Source: Octopus sinensis (Eukaryota). Taken from it: a DNA stretch of 64,000 bases. The notes below the pieces were generated by a model. That model worked only from the letters and a program-made list of their open reading frames with translations, was not told where the DNA came from and made no database searches. Shown here in pieces: positions 12,421-23,999 of the stretch (position 1 is its first letter; the number at the start of each line of letters is the position of its first letter). The DNA is taken from positions 46,376,001 through 46,440,000 of the forward strand of contig NC_043001.1 in the NCBI RefSeq assembly GCF_006345805.1, read 5' to 3'. The position numbers and the translations under genes were made by a program.

Positions 12421-13169
12421 CTGAGGAGAAATAAAATTATATGTCGTTCAATGCAAACCATAGAGCGTAGGTTCGAATCCGGTTAAAGCTTAAAAAAAGT
12501 ATTCTGCGTCGTATTACAGAAAAGGATTTTCTTTTCTCCCATCATTTGTATTAATCTTCGCCGTGAAGCATAAGGTGTAGGCTAAAAAAATATTTTCAAG
12601 TATACTTTTTTTTGTTTCTTTGTTTCTTTGTTTCTGTCTTTCATCGTACGTTAAACGCGCGTTTCGATATATTTCTATCTCATCGGTAGTGTTTCGTGAA
12701 CGATTAAATACAAATTATTAGCAAATCTAAGAGAAGGTTAATTTTTATTCTGCTAATACATAACTATTAAATACTAACCCTTTGCCTGTCCAATCTGTGC
12801 ATCACATATGACACGTAGGACATATTTCCCTGGTGTCCATGCATCATATACGATACACATTCTACAATCTTTACTAACCATCGGAGTAACTTGGGACTTA
12901 TGAAAGGAAAGCTTTATACTACTCAGAACGTATCAAACAAGCGCTAACTATATCTATGAAAAGTTAACTCTCGTATTAAGGAGCACAGGAAAATAAAACT
13001 AAATGAAATAAAAAAAAAAAAGAAATGTGAGCAGAGATACCTCTAACCACCAAATTGGACGCGTTTAGTCTCTCTAACATACATACACACATAAATGTAT
13101 GTAAGTATGCAGTGTGTGTGTATATATATTTGTGTGTGTGTGTGTGTGTGTGTATACACAATATTGATT

Positions 13170-13362
13170 TCAAATTTTTGGCACAAGGCCATTGATTTCA
13201 TGGACGGAGATAAGTCGATTACATCGAATCCAGTAATCAACTGGTACTTATTTTATCCACCCCGAGAGGATAAAACGCAAAGACAACCTCAGCGTAATTT
13301 GAACTCAAAGAAACGAAAGGCCGATAAGCATTTTAGCCCGGCGCGATAACGATTCTGCTAGT
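13170..13362 (-). mobile_element. SINE family B (tail B2), degenerate
   Basis: Reverse complement of the B head, central domain and tail. Confidence 0.75.
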
Positions 13363-13419
<57 letters not shown>

Positions 13420-13450
13420 AAACAAACAAACACACACACATATATATATG

Positions 13451-13610
13451 GCAGTGGCTGTGTGGTAAGAAGCTTGCTTACCAGCCATATGGTTCCGGGT
13501 TCAGTCCCACTGCGTGGCAACTTGGACAAGTATCTTCCACTATAGCTTCGGCCCGACCAAAGCTTTGTGAGTGGATTTGGTAGATGGAAACTGAAAGAAG
13601 CCCATCGTAT
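13451..13610 (+). mobile_element. SINE family A, 5' half
   Basis: A box tggctgtgtgg, B box gggttcagtccc. Ends at the microsatellite slot. Confidence 0.9.
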
Positions 13611-14050
13611 ATATATATATATATATATATACATACATACACACATACATGCATGCATGCATACATACACATACATACATACATACATACATACATACAT
13701 ACATACTGTTGAGTCTGGGGAGAGTCAACAAACAAGTCAACACACGAACTCATAAAGAATTCTGCAAACCGAATTCAAAAACGAAATATATATATATATG
13801 TCTGTGTGTATGTATGTATGTATGTATGTATGTATGTATGTATGTATGTATGTATGTATGTATGTATGTATTTATGTATGTATGTATGTATGAATATATT
13901 TGCACGTATTTGTGTGTCTGTGTATTTATGTGTCGGTGTGTATGTGTAGTCGAACAAGCCGCTAAAGCAAAACTTCGAAGTTACAATCTACTCATATGTG
14001 ATTAACAAATACAATTCACTTAACAGTACAATCCCATAATTAGCAAATTT

Positions 14051-14490
14051 GGATCTTTTCGGTTTGAACAGCAGTTTTTTAAAATAATTTCCACGTAACT
14101 AAACACTTTTAAACTTCGTATACTGGTAGAATGTGTTTATAAAACATCTTTTTCTCTTGGCTTTATAAAGAAAATTCTATAGTTTGTAAGATATTTGTTG
14201 TTATTTTTTCTTCAATTTCTGCAATTTCAACCAATCAATGACGTCTATTGAGGTGAAAACATTCTGTGCCGTATGAATATGTCCCTCGTTTAAGAAACAG
14301 ATTGGGTTTATTTACATTTCTAAAGAAAAAAATATACCCTTCCCCCCACCCCTAACTCTAACCCTAACCCTAACTAACCATAACCCTAAAACAGATTGAA
14401 ATGCAATAGATCGATTCTAGGGTCATAATCATGGGTGACAATTTCATATGACACCACTAGAAAAAACTGCCGTACAAACCGAAAAGATCC
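14051..14490. mobile_element. MITE with ~30-bp TIRs and an internal (CCCTAA)-like tract
   Basis: ggatcttttcggtttgaacagcagtttttt / aaaaaactgccgtacaaaccgaaaagatcc. Superfamily not determined and no clear TSD. Confidence 0.8.
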
Positions 14491-14899
14491 GCACATTTTT
14501 TTCCTGTAAATTAACAACAAATGCTACACACACACACACCACACACACATATATATATACACAACGTGTGTGTCCATTATACACACTAACAATATAAATA
14601 ACCAAAAGAATACAACAATAAATTAAATTAAAATAATAATAAAATAATAAATTAAACCAATAAATTAAATTAAAAACAAACAAAAAAAATAACAATGAAA
14701 CCTACCAAATGTATAAATATTTTGTTTGGCTGGATAGCGTCAGATCACTTAAAATTATATTAAATAATGGGATTGTGCCTGTATATGTTTTTTGCGTGTG
14801 TATGAGTACGTTGTGCGGTATTTTTTTCTCTCTCGCAACGAAATGTCGTTCGTAAACCGAGCTCTGCCGTTAAATGACAAGAGTCGAATAACTATCTAT

Positions 14900-15090
14900 C
14901 GTTCCGTTCGTTCGTTCGTTCGTTCGTTCGTTTAACCACCCGTTCAATCAATCCACCCACCCATCCATCCATCTATCCATCCATCCATCCATCCATCCAT
15001 CCATCCATCCATCCACCCTTCCATCCATCCATCCATCCATCCATTCATCCGGACACCCACCCACCCATTCATCCATTCATCCAGCTAAGC
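14900..15090. repeat. (CGTT)n and (CCAT)n microsatellites
   Basis: Directly visible. Confidence 0.9.
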
Positions 15091-15218
15091 AGCCAATACC
15101 GCACTCACACGCACATACATACCTTGATCACGTGACTCACACACCCACACATCCACACACCCACACGCGCACACCCTCATCCGCCACCATCTCTATACTG
15201 TGCGATTTCGCACAAACA

Positions 15219-15264
<46 letters not shown>

Positions 15265-15802
15265 CATTAACCGGCATGCACACATATATACAGATAGACA
15301 CACATACACATATATACACACATACACACACGCACGCACGCACACATATGTATATATATATATATATATACCCGACGACACCATCCGTAATACGAACACT
15401 CCCCCTTCAATCAATCCATTTATTCATTCATCCAATTATACATCCATGCATGTAACCATTGCAAGCAAATAAATAATAAATAAATAAATAAATAAATAAA
15501 TAAAACAAAAAAAAAACACCACTCTTACACCTGCTCATACACATACATAGACAACAGCGCACCGCCGAGACCCCCACCTTCCACCATCCCCACCGCCGCT
15601 ACCACCGTTGCCTTCATCACTATCACCACTACTACCACCAAATCACTATTACCAACTCCCGCAGCATTACCACCACCTCCGCTGCCGTCGCCACCACCAC
15701 TACCACTACCACTATCACCATTCCTACAATCATAATTACCACTCCCACAAGCACTACCAGATCTTCACTATAGTTCATTCTCCCTCTCTCTCTTTTTCTA
15801 TT

Positions 15803-15857
<55 letters not shown>

Positions 15858-15866
15858 GTCTATCTG

Positions 15867-15961
<95 letters not shown>

Positions 15962-15962
15962 G

Positions 15963-15997
<35 letters not shown>

Positions 15998-16030
15998 GTC
16001 TGTCTGTCTGTCTGTCTACATTGGTATATT

Positions 16031-16264
16031 CTTTTACTTGCTTCAGTCATTTAACTGCGGCCATGCTGGAGCACCACCTTTAGTCGAAGAAATCGACACC
16101 AGGACTTATTCTTTGTAAGCCTAGTACTTATTCTATCGGTTCTTTTTGCCGAATCGCTAAGTGATGAGGTCGTAAACACACCAACATCGGTTGTCAAGTG
16201 ATGTGCGTGTGTGGGGGGGGAGGCAAACAGACACAAACAACATGCACATACATACATTTATATA

Positions 16265-16304
<40 letters not shown>

Positions 16305-16458
16305 GACGGGCCACTTTCAGTTTCCGTCTAACAAATCCACTCACAAAGCTTTGGTCGATCCGAGGCTATAGTAGAAGACACTTGCCCAAGGTGCCACGTA
16401 GTGGGACTGAACCCGGTACCATGTGATGGGAAGCAAACTTCTTACCACACACACAGCC
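16031..16458 (-). mobile_element. SINE family A, near full length
   Basis: Tail, body, TA slot and tRNA head all present. Confidence 0.9.
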
Positions 16459-16584
16459 ATACAGATATATTCATATATATGCATAATATGTGTGTGTGTG
16501 AGTGTGAGTGTGTGTGTATGTGTGTGTGTGTGTATGTGTGAGTGTGTGTGTGTGCGTGTGTGTGTGCCTTTTTTCCATTTTACC

Positions 16585-17125
16585 TTTTAGTTGCTTCCGA
16601 TAGTTGACTGCGGCCATGCTGGAGCACCGAATCTAGTCAAACGAATCGACTGCACAATTTTTTTTTTCTCTTTAGGCCTGGTTACTTATTCTAGCCGCCT
16701 CTTTTCCTGAATCGTTAAGTTACGAGAACGTAAACACTCCAACACCGGTTGTGAAACGTTGGTGGAGAACAAACACCGCCACAATGACACGCACACACAC
16801 ACACGTGCACTTGTTTCATATGTATATGTATATATATATATATAGTTGGAATTTACAAAAAAAAAAACAAAAACAAAAGACGAAGACGGGTGTGTAAACA
16901 ACAAACAGATTCTTTTCTTTTACTTGTTTCAGTCAATTGACTGGAGCACTGATTTTAAGGGTCTTTTAGACGAAGAAATCGACCCCAGGACTTATTCTTT
17001 GTAAACCAAATGCTTATTCTATCATTTCTTTTTTTGTCGAACCGCAAAGTGACGAGGACGTATCACAGCAACATGAGTTAAGTAAGCGATGGTAGGGAAT
17101 ACAAACACAGACACAAAGACAACAC
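16585..17125 (-). mobile_element. Two SINE family A 3' halves with an F1 terminal fragment between them
   Basis: 16585-16790 and 16913-17125 match the A tail and body. 16835-16910 matches the F1 3' end. Confidence 0.75.
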
Positions 17126-17159
17126 ACACAAAAAATATATATATACATATATATATATA

Positions 17160-17389
17160 TTTCTCTATTACCCACAAGGGGCTAAACATAGAGGGGACAA
17201 ACAAGGACAGACAAACGGATTAAGCCGATTACATAGACCCCAGTGCGAAACTGGTACTTTATTTATCGACCCCGGAAGGATGAAAGGCAAAGTCGACCTC
17301 GGCGGAATTTGAACTCAGAACGTAACGACAGACGAAATATCACAAAGCATTTCGCCCGGCGTGCTAACGTTTCTGCCAGCTCGCCGCCT
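17160..17389 (-). mobile_element. SINE family B (B1), full length
   Basis: Reverse complement of 9615-9845. Confidence 0.9.
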
Positions 17390-17667
17390 ATATATACATA
17401 TACATATACATATACATAGATATATATATGCATGTAACCCGTCGTATGCTCGAAACGAGGAGTAGACAGACAGCCGACAACTGATGAAGGGTCCTTTCTC
17501 TGTGTTTACTTATTCTGTTCTCCATTTTCTCTCGTTGTTTACGTATTTAACTCGTTTGTTTAAGTAAATATTTTTCATTTCATCTCATTTCATCTAGTTT
17601 CAGCTCACGAGCTGTGGCCGTGCTGGGCACCGATATATATATATTCTTTATTTAAAAGCAGCAGAAA

Positions 17668-17716
17668 TTCACGAAACCTGTTACTAGGAGTTTCACGTTC
17701 CCGTTCGTCGGATGAA
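17668..17716 (-). ncRNA. Hammerhead-like motif with a non-canonical core (CCGACGA)
   Basis: TTCAT-CCGACGA-ACG(GGAA)CGT-GAAAC...GTTTC-GTGAA. Stems I and II pair, but U4 is C and there are two extra nt at the cleavage site. Confidence 0.3.
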
Positions 17717-17927
17717 ACCTTATATACTGAAGATATATTTTATAGTTATGCTATATTGTCCTATAATCTATATTTTTTTGGCTTGTCTTTGTTCCTTGGT
17801 TTGTGTCATGTGTTTTCGTCTCTCTATGTGTTCGACCTCTTTTTGTGTCTGTACCTATATGCTGTTATAGTACATGTAGAGGTAGGTACATACCTATATA
17901 TATATATTTATCATATATTCTATTTTA

Positions 17928-17962
<35 letters not shown>

Positions 17963-17995
17963 TAATTGAACACCACGCATCCATTTCCAAGTAAG

Positions 17996-18041
<46 letters not shown>

Positions 18042-18083
18042 TATATATATACAGAGAGGGATAGAGAGAGAGAGAGAGAGAGC

Positions 18084-18153
<70 letters not shown>

Positions 18154-18162
18154 TAGATAGAT

Positions 18163-18327
18163 ACGACGGGTTTTTTTTTCAGTTTCTGTCTTCCCCAAAT
18201 CTACTCACGAGAGTTTGTCGGCCCGAGGACAGAATAGAAGACAGTTGCCCAAGGTGCCACGCAGTGGGACTGAACCGAAACAGTCGTGTCTCCGAAGCAA
18301 ATTTCATACCACACAGCCACGCCTGCG
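18163..18327 (-). mobile_element. SINE family A, 5' half
   Basis: Reverse-complement head ending cacagccacgcctgcgcc. Confidence 0.85.
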
Positions 18328-18359
18328 CCTTAATATACTTTTTGTATGATACGACTGAC

Positions 18360-18397
18360 TCATTGTCCTCGTCGTCACCATTTCTTCCACTGCCATC

Positions 18398-18453
<56 letters not shown>

Positions 18454-19250
18454 CACCACTACCGCCGGCACTACCATCGCTACCTCCACCACCACCTCCC
18501 CCTCCAACCACAACCACAACACCCTCACCACAATAACCACCGCCCTGCCCAACACATTAGCATTGACATCTAGCTAAAATCAACAATGAGTTTAAGCTTC
18601 ACCGTGGCCTCTGTCGCCGCCGCCACCGCCACCACCACCACCACCACCACTACAATCATCATCATCATCATTATCATTATCATCACCACAACTAGAACGA
18701 CAACGACGACGACGACCACCACCACCACCACCACTACAGCCACCACTACCACCACCCAACAACAACTGCAGAAAACGTAGAAGCGGCAACCTCCACCGAC
18801 CCTGTTATTTTCTTTCTGTTCTTCCTTCCACCCACACCCATACAAACACCCGACTACAGGGTCACCCGTATAAAACTGCGAGATATGATTGACAGTCGGG
18901 TATCTGGGACAAATTGAGGAGTACGTACGTAGTCGTGACGGCGGAGACGGTACTGATGATGTTGATGATGATGATGGTGATGGGGAAGACAAGAATAAGC
19001 CTTAGGTATTGCGAGTAAGGCGTCACTGGTGGCGACAGAGGTGGTAGTGGTAGTGGTGGTATTGATTGTGGTTGTGGTTGTGGTTCTGGTTATAGTGGTT
19101 GTTTTGATTGTGGCGGCGTTGATGACGGGTATGATGGTGTCTCCCACAAGATAGAGATGGGGTGAGAGGATTAGGGTGATTTTAATTCTAGTGACAGTTT
19201 GGGTTGTAGTAGTCGAGGTTGAACTACTACTACTACTACTACTACTACTA

Positions 19251-19301
<51 letters not shown>

Positions 19302-19400
19302 AAATACTACTACTATTTAATAGTAGTAATGGTGGAGGTATTGGTGTCATTGGTGGTGGTTGTTATTGTAACTATGGTAATAGCAGTTGTGCACCGTAGT
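18360..19400. repeat. Mosaic of trinucleotide repeats (CAC, CTA, CAT, GAT, GGT)
   Basis: Directly visible. Confidence 0.85.
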
Positions 19401-19439
19401 TGTTTAGCGAGTTGCCGGAATCGTTAGCGAGTCGAGGTG

Positions 19440-19625
19440 TGGGGTGCTCAGCAGCCAGCATTTTCCCCCCAGCCTTTTACGTTCTGGGTTCAAATGCTGA
19501 CGAAGTTTACTTTGTATTTCGTCGTTTAGGGGTAGATAAAATAAGTTACAATTGAGCTCTGAAATCGACGTAATCGACTTGCTTTTCCCCTCAAAATTGC
19601 TGGCCGCGTGCCTAAATTAGAAAAA
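19440..19625 (+). mobile_element. SINE family B (B2), degenerate
   Basis: B box gggttcaaat, central domain and aaattgctggcc tail. Confidence 0.65.
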
Positions 19626-19665
19626 AAAATGTTGTCTAGCTCCAGGTCAGCTCTGATCCAGTGAA

Positions 19666-19862
19666 GGTGCGTGGCTTAGTGGTTACAGTATTCAGCTCAC
19701 GATCGTAAAGTCGTGAGTTCAATTCCCGGCAACGCGTTGTATCATTGAGCAAGACATTTTATTTCACGTTGCTCCAGTTCACTCAGCTGACAAAAATGAG
19801 TTTGGACCTGTATTTCTATGGGTCAACCATGACACATTCCGTGTCACGCTGAATATCCCTGA
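19666..19862 (+). mobile_element. tRNA-derived SINE family C, 3'-truncated
   Basis: gtggcttagtggtt...gagttcaattcccggc, then the ttgagcaagaca central motif (CORE/MESC-like). Matches 55546-55866. Confidence 0.85.
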
Positions 19863-20029
19863 TATGCTTAGCAGTATTTCCACCGCTTCATTGATGACAT
19901 TAAGATGCTCCAGATGAGGTTGCTGTCGACAATATTTCTTAAGTCTGATATCGGATTTGGATGGACTCAAATATTTCCTCGTTTTCAGCAACGTACTGTT
20001 CTGTTTCACACTCACTTTTAAAATATCAA

Positions 20030-20270
20030 TGTCCTGGGTATGACATTAAACTGCAACCAGTGGTGAGGCTCCAGTTCGGTAGTTTTAGAGATGTAGGGAG
20101 CGCAGAATCACCTCTTATTTACCATTATTCCCAGGTCCGTTCTGACCCTGAACGGTAGCGCCTGTAAGGGCCCCATGTGTGAGTTCAATAGATTTTTGTA
20201 AGGGTAGATAGAGCTTCTTAGCTGCGGGGAAACCAATCAGTCTAGGTTAGAAGGAAAACTCCAAAGTTAA
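20030..20270 (+). repeat. Unclassified interspersed repeat
   Basis: gggtatgacattaaactgcaaccagtggtgaggc...; a second copy lies at 23525-23730. Confidence 0.6.
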
Positions 20271-20625
20271 TATCCTCTTCCAACAATCCCTAAGCGAACA
20301 CGGAAGAGTGTGGCTGATAAAATTAACATGAAGTATGTCCAATGACATAGATTCATATAATGGAAGCAACTATCAGATTTTGGTGTACATTTTGCTGCAG
20401 ACGGAGACACCGAAAAATGCTGAAGTCAAGTTAGAGTTTTAAACCAGTGAAATAACCATTCGATAACTTTCCGAAGTAAAGAGACTTCTGTGAAAGTATA
20501 TATTTTGCTGGGATTGATGTCATGTGTGCAGCTGTTTAAGCAAATTGTTGAAGAGAAGTAGACCGAATCTTGGTAGACACAGTAAATAAAACCGTATTTA
20601 TTTGTATGTGCGTATATAAACGAAA

Positions 20626-20915
20626 GGAAGCGCAATGGCCCAGTGGTTAGGGCAGCGGACTCGCGGTCGGAGGATTACGGTTTCGATTCCCAGACCGGGT
20701 GAGCAAAAACACCTAAAGCTCCACGAAGCTCAGCAGGGGGTGGTGGTGACCCCTGTTGTACTCTTTCGCCCCCAACTTTCTCTCACTCTTTCTTCCTGTT
20801 TCTTGAGTAACGCTGCGATGGACTGGCGTCCCGTCCAGCTGAGGGGAACACATACGCCATAGAAACCGGGAAACCACGCACATGAGCCTGGCTAGGCTTG
20901 AAAAGGGCACATAAA
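20626..20915 (+). mobile_element. tRNA-derived SINE family D
   Basis: gcgcaatggcccagtggttagggcagcggactcgcgg head and gatggactggcgtcccgtccag motif. Other copies at 27078-27345, 29443-29620 and 35868-36150. Confidence 0.85.
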
Positions 20916-20933
20916 TAAAAAAAATATATAAAC

Positions 20934-21033
20934 NNNNNNNNNNNNNNNNNNNNNNNNNNNNNNNNNNNNNNNNNNNNNNNNNNNNNNNNNNNNNNNNNNN
21001 NNNNNNNNNNNNNNNNNNNNNNNNNNNNNNNNN
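20934..21033. other. Assembly gap (100 N)
   Basis: Directly visible. Confidence 1.
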
Positions 21034-22234
21034 AAAAGAGAAGGACAAAACGCAAATTACATACCTTCCACCTAAACTAAGAGTGGAGAACCGGCATCAT
21101 TAAAACCATATTCGGCCTTGAGATCCTTAAATACAGAGAAATGGTTGTTGCATTAAAAGAAAATATATTCGTTTTGATTACGTGCTTTCATATATATATA
21201 TATATTCATTAAGTACAAACACACACACACACACACACACACACATGCATATATATATGTGTGTGTGTATGCATGTATGTATGTATGTCTGTATATATAT
21301 ATTATATATATATATATATACATGCTCATTAAAGGTTAGTTTACAATTATTTCTTAGTTTAATATTTGTAATTATATTTTCACAAAAAAATCTAATTACA
21401 TTTTTTCCATATAATTAATAACATTTTCTATTAATGAGGCCTAATTAGATTACACTTAATTCAATGTGGCATTCAAATATATATGAAAAAAAACCTTCTT
21501 CGCCCTGACCTAGATCGTGTTTTGACCCCTTAATTCCATCAGACATATCAGAAAAGAATGGTGAAATCTCAAATTCAGGGCCAGTTAAAATTACAAATAT
21601 ACAATATAGCATTTAAAACACTGACAAATCATAACAACCATTAACATGGGAAACTATTTCTACTATTGGGTATTGAAGGAAACTAGAAACTATGTTGTCT
21701 CTAGAACTGCTAGAAATACCAACCAAATAACCTTAATACAAAACAATACTATCACCAAAAAGAAGAAAGAAAAGAAAGAAATATCGGATACCATTCTTTA
21801 AGATACATAATAATTGAAAAACGTAATAGGTGGTCACAGATGCAAGGTTTTTGACCATGTTTATGCAAGTTCAGAACTGTGTCTATGTAATAGCTAAAAT
21901 TCATAGCTCAAATTCATAGCAATAGTGACAAAATTCCAGGGTCTGGAAATTGGGCAAATGAAGCTTAACTTATCAGATAAACTATCAAACAGCCCTTAGC
22001 AATGACTTTCTTTAAAAGTCCAGAAAGTCGTATATTACTGACCTTCATATTCCACTCACCAATTCAAAAACGGATTCAGGCCACTAAACTTGACCAATAC
22101 ACTACTCACAGATTTTTCATTATAGAATAATGCACGATGGCTTTAACAGCACCAACGAAACCCCACAAATGCTTCATCCTAACTCTCACCGCCATCGAAA
22201 AATGCTCTACAACTCCATTCTCTGTTATCCACTT

Positions 22235-22301
22235 ACAAAATACTCCACAATTTGCGACGTTTCTTAGAAACAGTACAAAACGCTAGCTCGAGGCAGCAAG
22301 C
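22235..22301 (-). CDS. Weak candidate exon (ACCLELAFCTVSKKRRKLWSI), possibly non-coding
   Basis: Acceptor gcaacag, perfect donor gtaagt, one open frame. Confidence 0.2.
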
Positions 22302-22696
22302 GTCTGTTGCATACAACAACAGCAACAACAACAGCAGCAACACATTAAGAATTTTCAAATTCCTCTATTGAATACCACAAAGATCCATTCACTGTCCCAT
22401 ATTTTTTTAGGTTACACCTACATACTTATCTGAAATCTCAAAAGCAAAAATAGATAAATAAATAAGTAAATAAAGGAAAAATAAAAAGAGAAAAAACTTT
22501 CGCATATCTTATGTGCAAATAAAATCAGTCACACATTAACACTGAACCGTCTTTATACTTCAAAATTTTGATTAGCTGATGTTATTGAAGTTATGTTCTT
22601 TGCTAGTTGCTTTTATATCTCATATAAGTACGTACGTACGTATGTATGTATGTATGTATGTATGTATGTATGTATGTATGTATGTATGTATGTATG

Positions 22697-22724
<28 letters not shown>

Positions 22725-22729
<5 letters not shown>

Positions 22730-22805
22730 TTATCAGTTTTATTTCAAGATTTCTTGCCAATAGAAAAAGAATCGGTTTCTAACCTAGATCCAAGGCTCCT
22801 TCATA
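22725..22805 (-). mobile_element. R4/Dong-type LINE 3' UTR fragment
   Basis: ttatttcaagatttcttgccaat...caaggctccttcat matches 32170-32240. Confidence 0.7.
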
Positions 22806-23069
22806 TGTATGTATGTAAAGGAAGGTTTACGAAAATAAACAAAAGTCGAAGGCAGGTGGAGTACAAACAAACAAATGTATTAGTATAGCGCTCAGGAATA
22901 GAAACAGTATTTTACGTTTCGAACCTACGCTCTTCGACCGAAAGATACACAGAAAAAAAAAACAAGGAGAGAAAAAAATGCATGTAGGAGCTAACGATCT
23001 ATCATGGCGTCCTGGTATGTATGTATGTATGTATGTATGTATTTATGTATATGTATGTATGTGTGTATA

Positions 23070-23472
23070 GTATGGTTTTTCTTTGAGTTTTATTTCAGTT
23101 CATCTTGAGAGATTCAAGTCGATGGTTAACAAAGCAACAAGACATTTTAAGAAAGTCCCCGGTGTTAGTAAATCTGTGGTTGAGTTGGTGTGTTGGTTGA
23201 ACTGTTGATGCATATACCCAAGTGTGTGTATCTCAACACATTAGAATCTCAGACGGAGAATTTTTGGAATGTCTTACAAATCTTCACTGTGCCACTAGTA
23301 GATTGGATTTGGAGATTCCGCATCAGTTTCTTTTGCTCTTTCTCCGTGAAACCGATTATTTATAAGTTTTTGTGAAAATCTGTTGGTAAGTAACCTAATG
23401 CACCTATGATGATAGGTACAAATGAGAATTAATAGTCAGGGTACAAGAGCTGTAATTCGCCATAAAGGTTCT

Positions 23473-23477
<5 letters not shown>
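23070..23477 (-). mobile_element. R4/Dong-type (RLE) LINE 3' fragment
   Basis: Minus-strand translation KENLYGELQLLYPDY*FSFVPIIIGALGYLP...LQIQSTSGTVKICKTFQKFSV* is typical of RLE ORF C-termini. Confidence 0.8.
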
Positions 23478-23525
<48 letters not shown>

Positions 23526-23999
23526 CTTGGGTATGACTTTATACTGCATCCAGTTGTGAGGCCCTAGTACAGGAGGACCAGAGTTTTAAGGCGAAAGGAA
23601 CCACCTCGTAGCTACTATTCTTCATAGGTCTATTCCCACCTTGAGTAGTAGCACGTGCTAGGTTCCCAGCTATGGGTTTACTAAGCCTGTGAACCCCCTA
23701 GTCCTCGTTAGAGCTACCTCTAGGAGAAGGTAAACACGTATTAAAAAAGCCGAAGTGCAATTGGTTTCTGGTCATCTGAACCTCTGTTGTGCCAATGGTT
23801 TGATAGCTGGTTGCGCTGAAAAGTGGGTCCATTGTTGTGCAACGTTTTATTCACTGAAAGCAAATTCACGACCAAGGATTTTCTTGGATTCTCGAAATCC
23901 AAATGCGTGAACTTAATGAGTTTAAGTAGGGGTCTTATTCGGTCGTTAGGTGATTTCCACGATGTATGTATGTATGTATGTATATATATTTATATATAT

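Noticed and set aside
12455-12490. B-box-like GGTTCGAATCC suggesting a tRNA
   Set aside because: No A box or cloverleaf.
18179-19427. Poly-Thr, poly-His, poly-Gly and poly-Val ORFs, and opposing CAC/GTG tracts that might fold back
   Set aside because: Simple trinucleotide repeats open in several frames. Complementarity is expected from composition alone.
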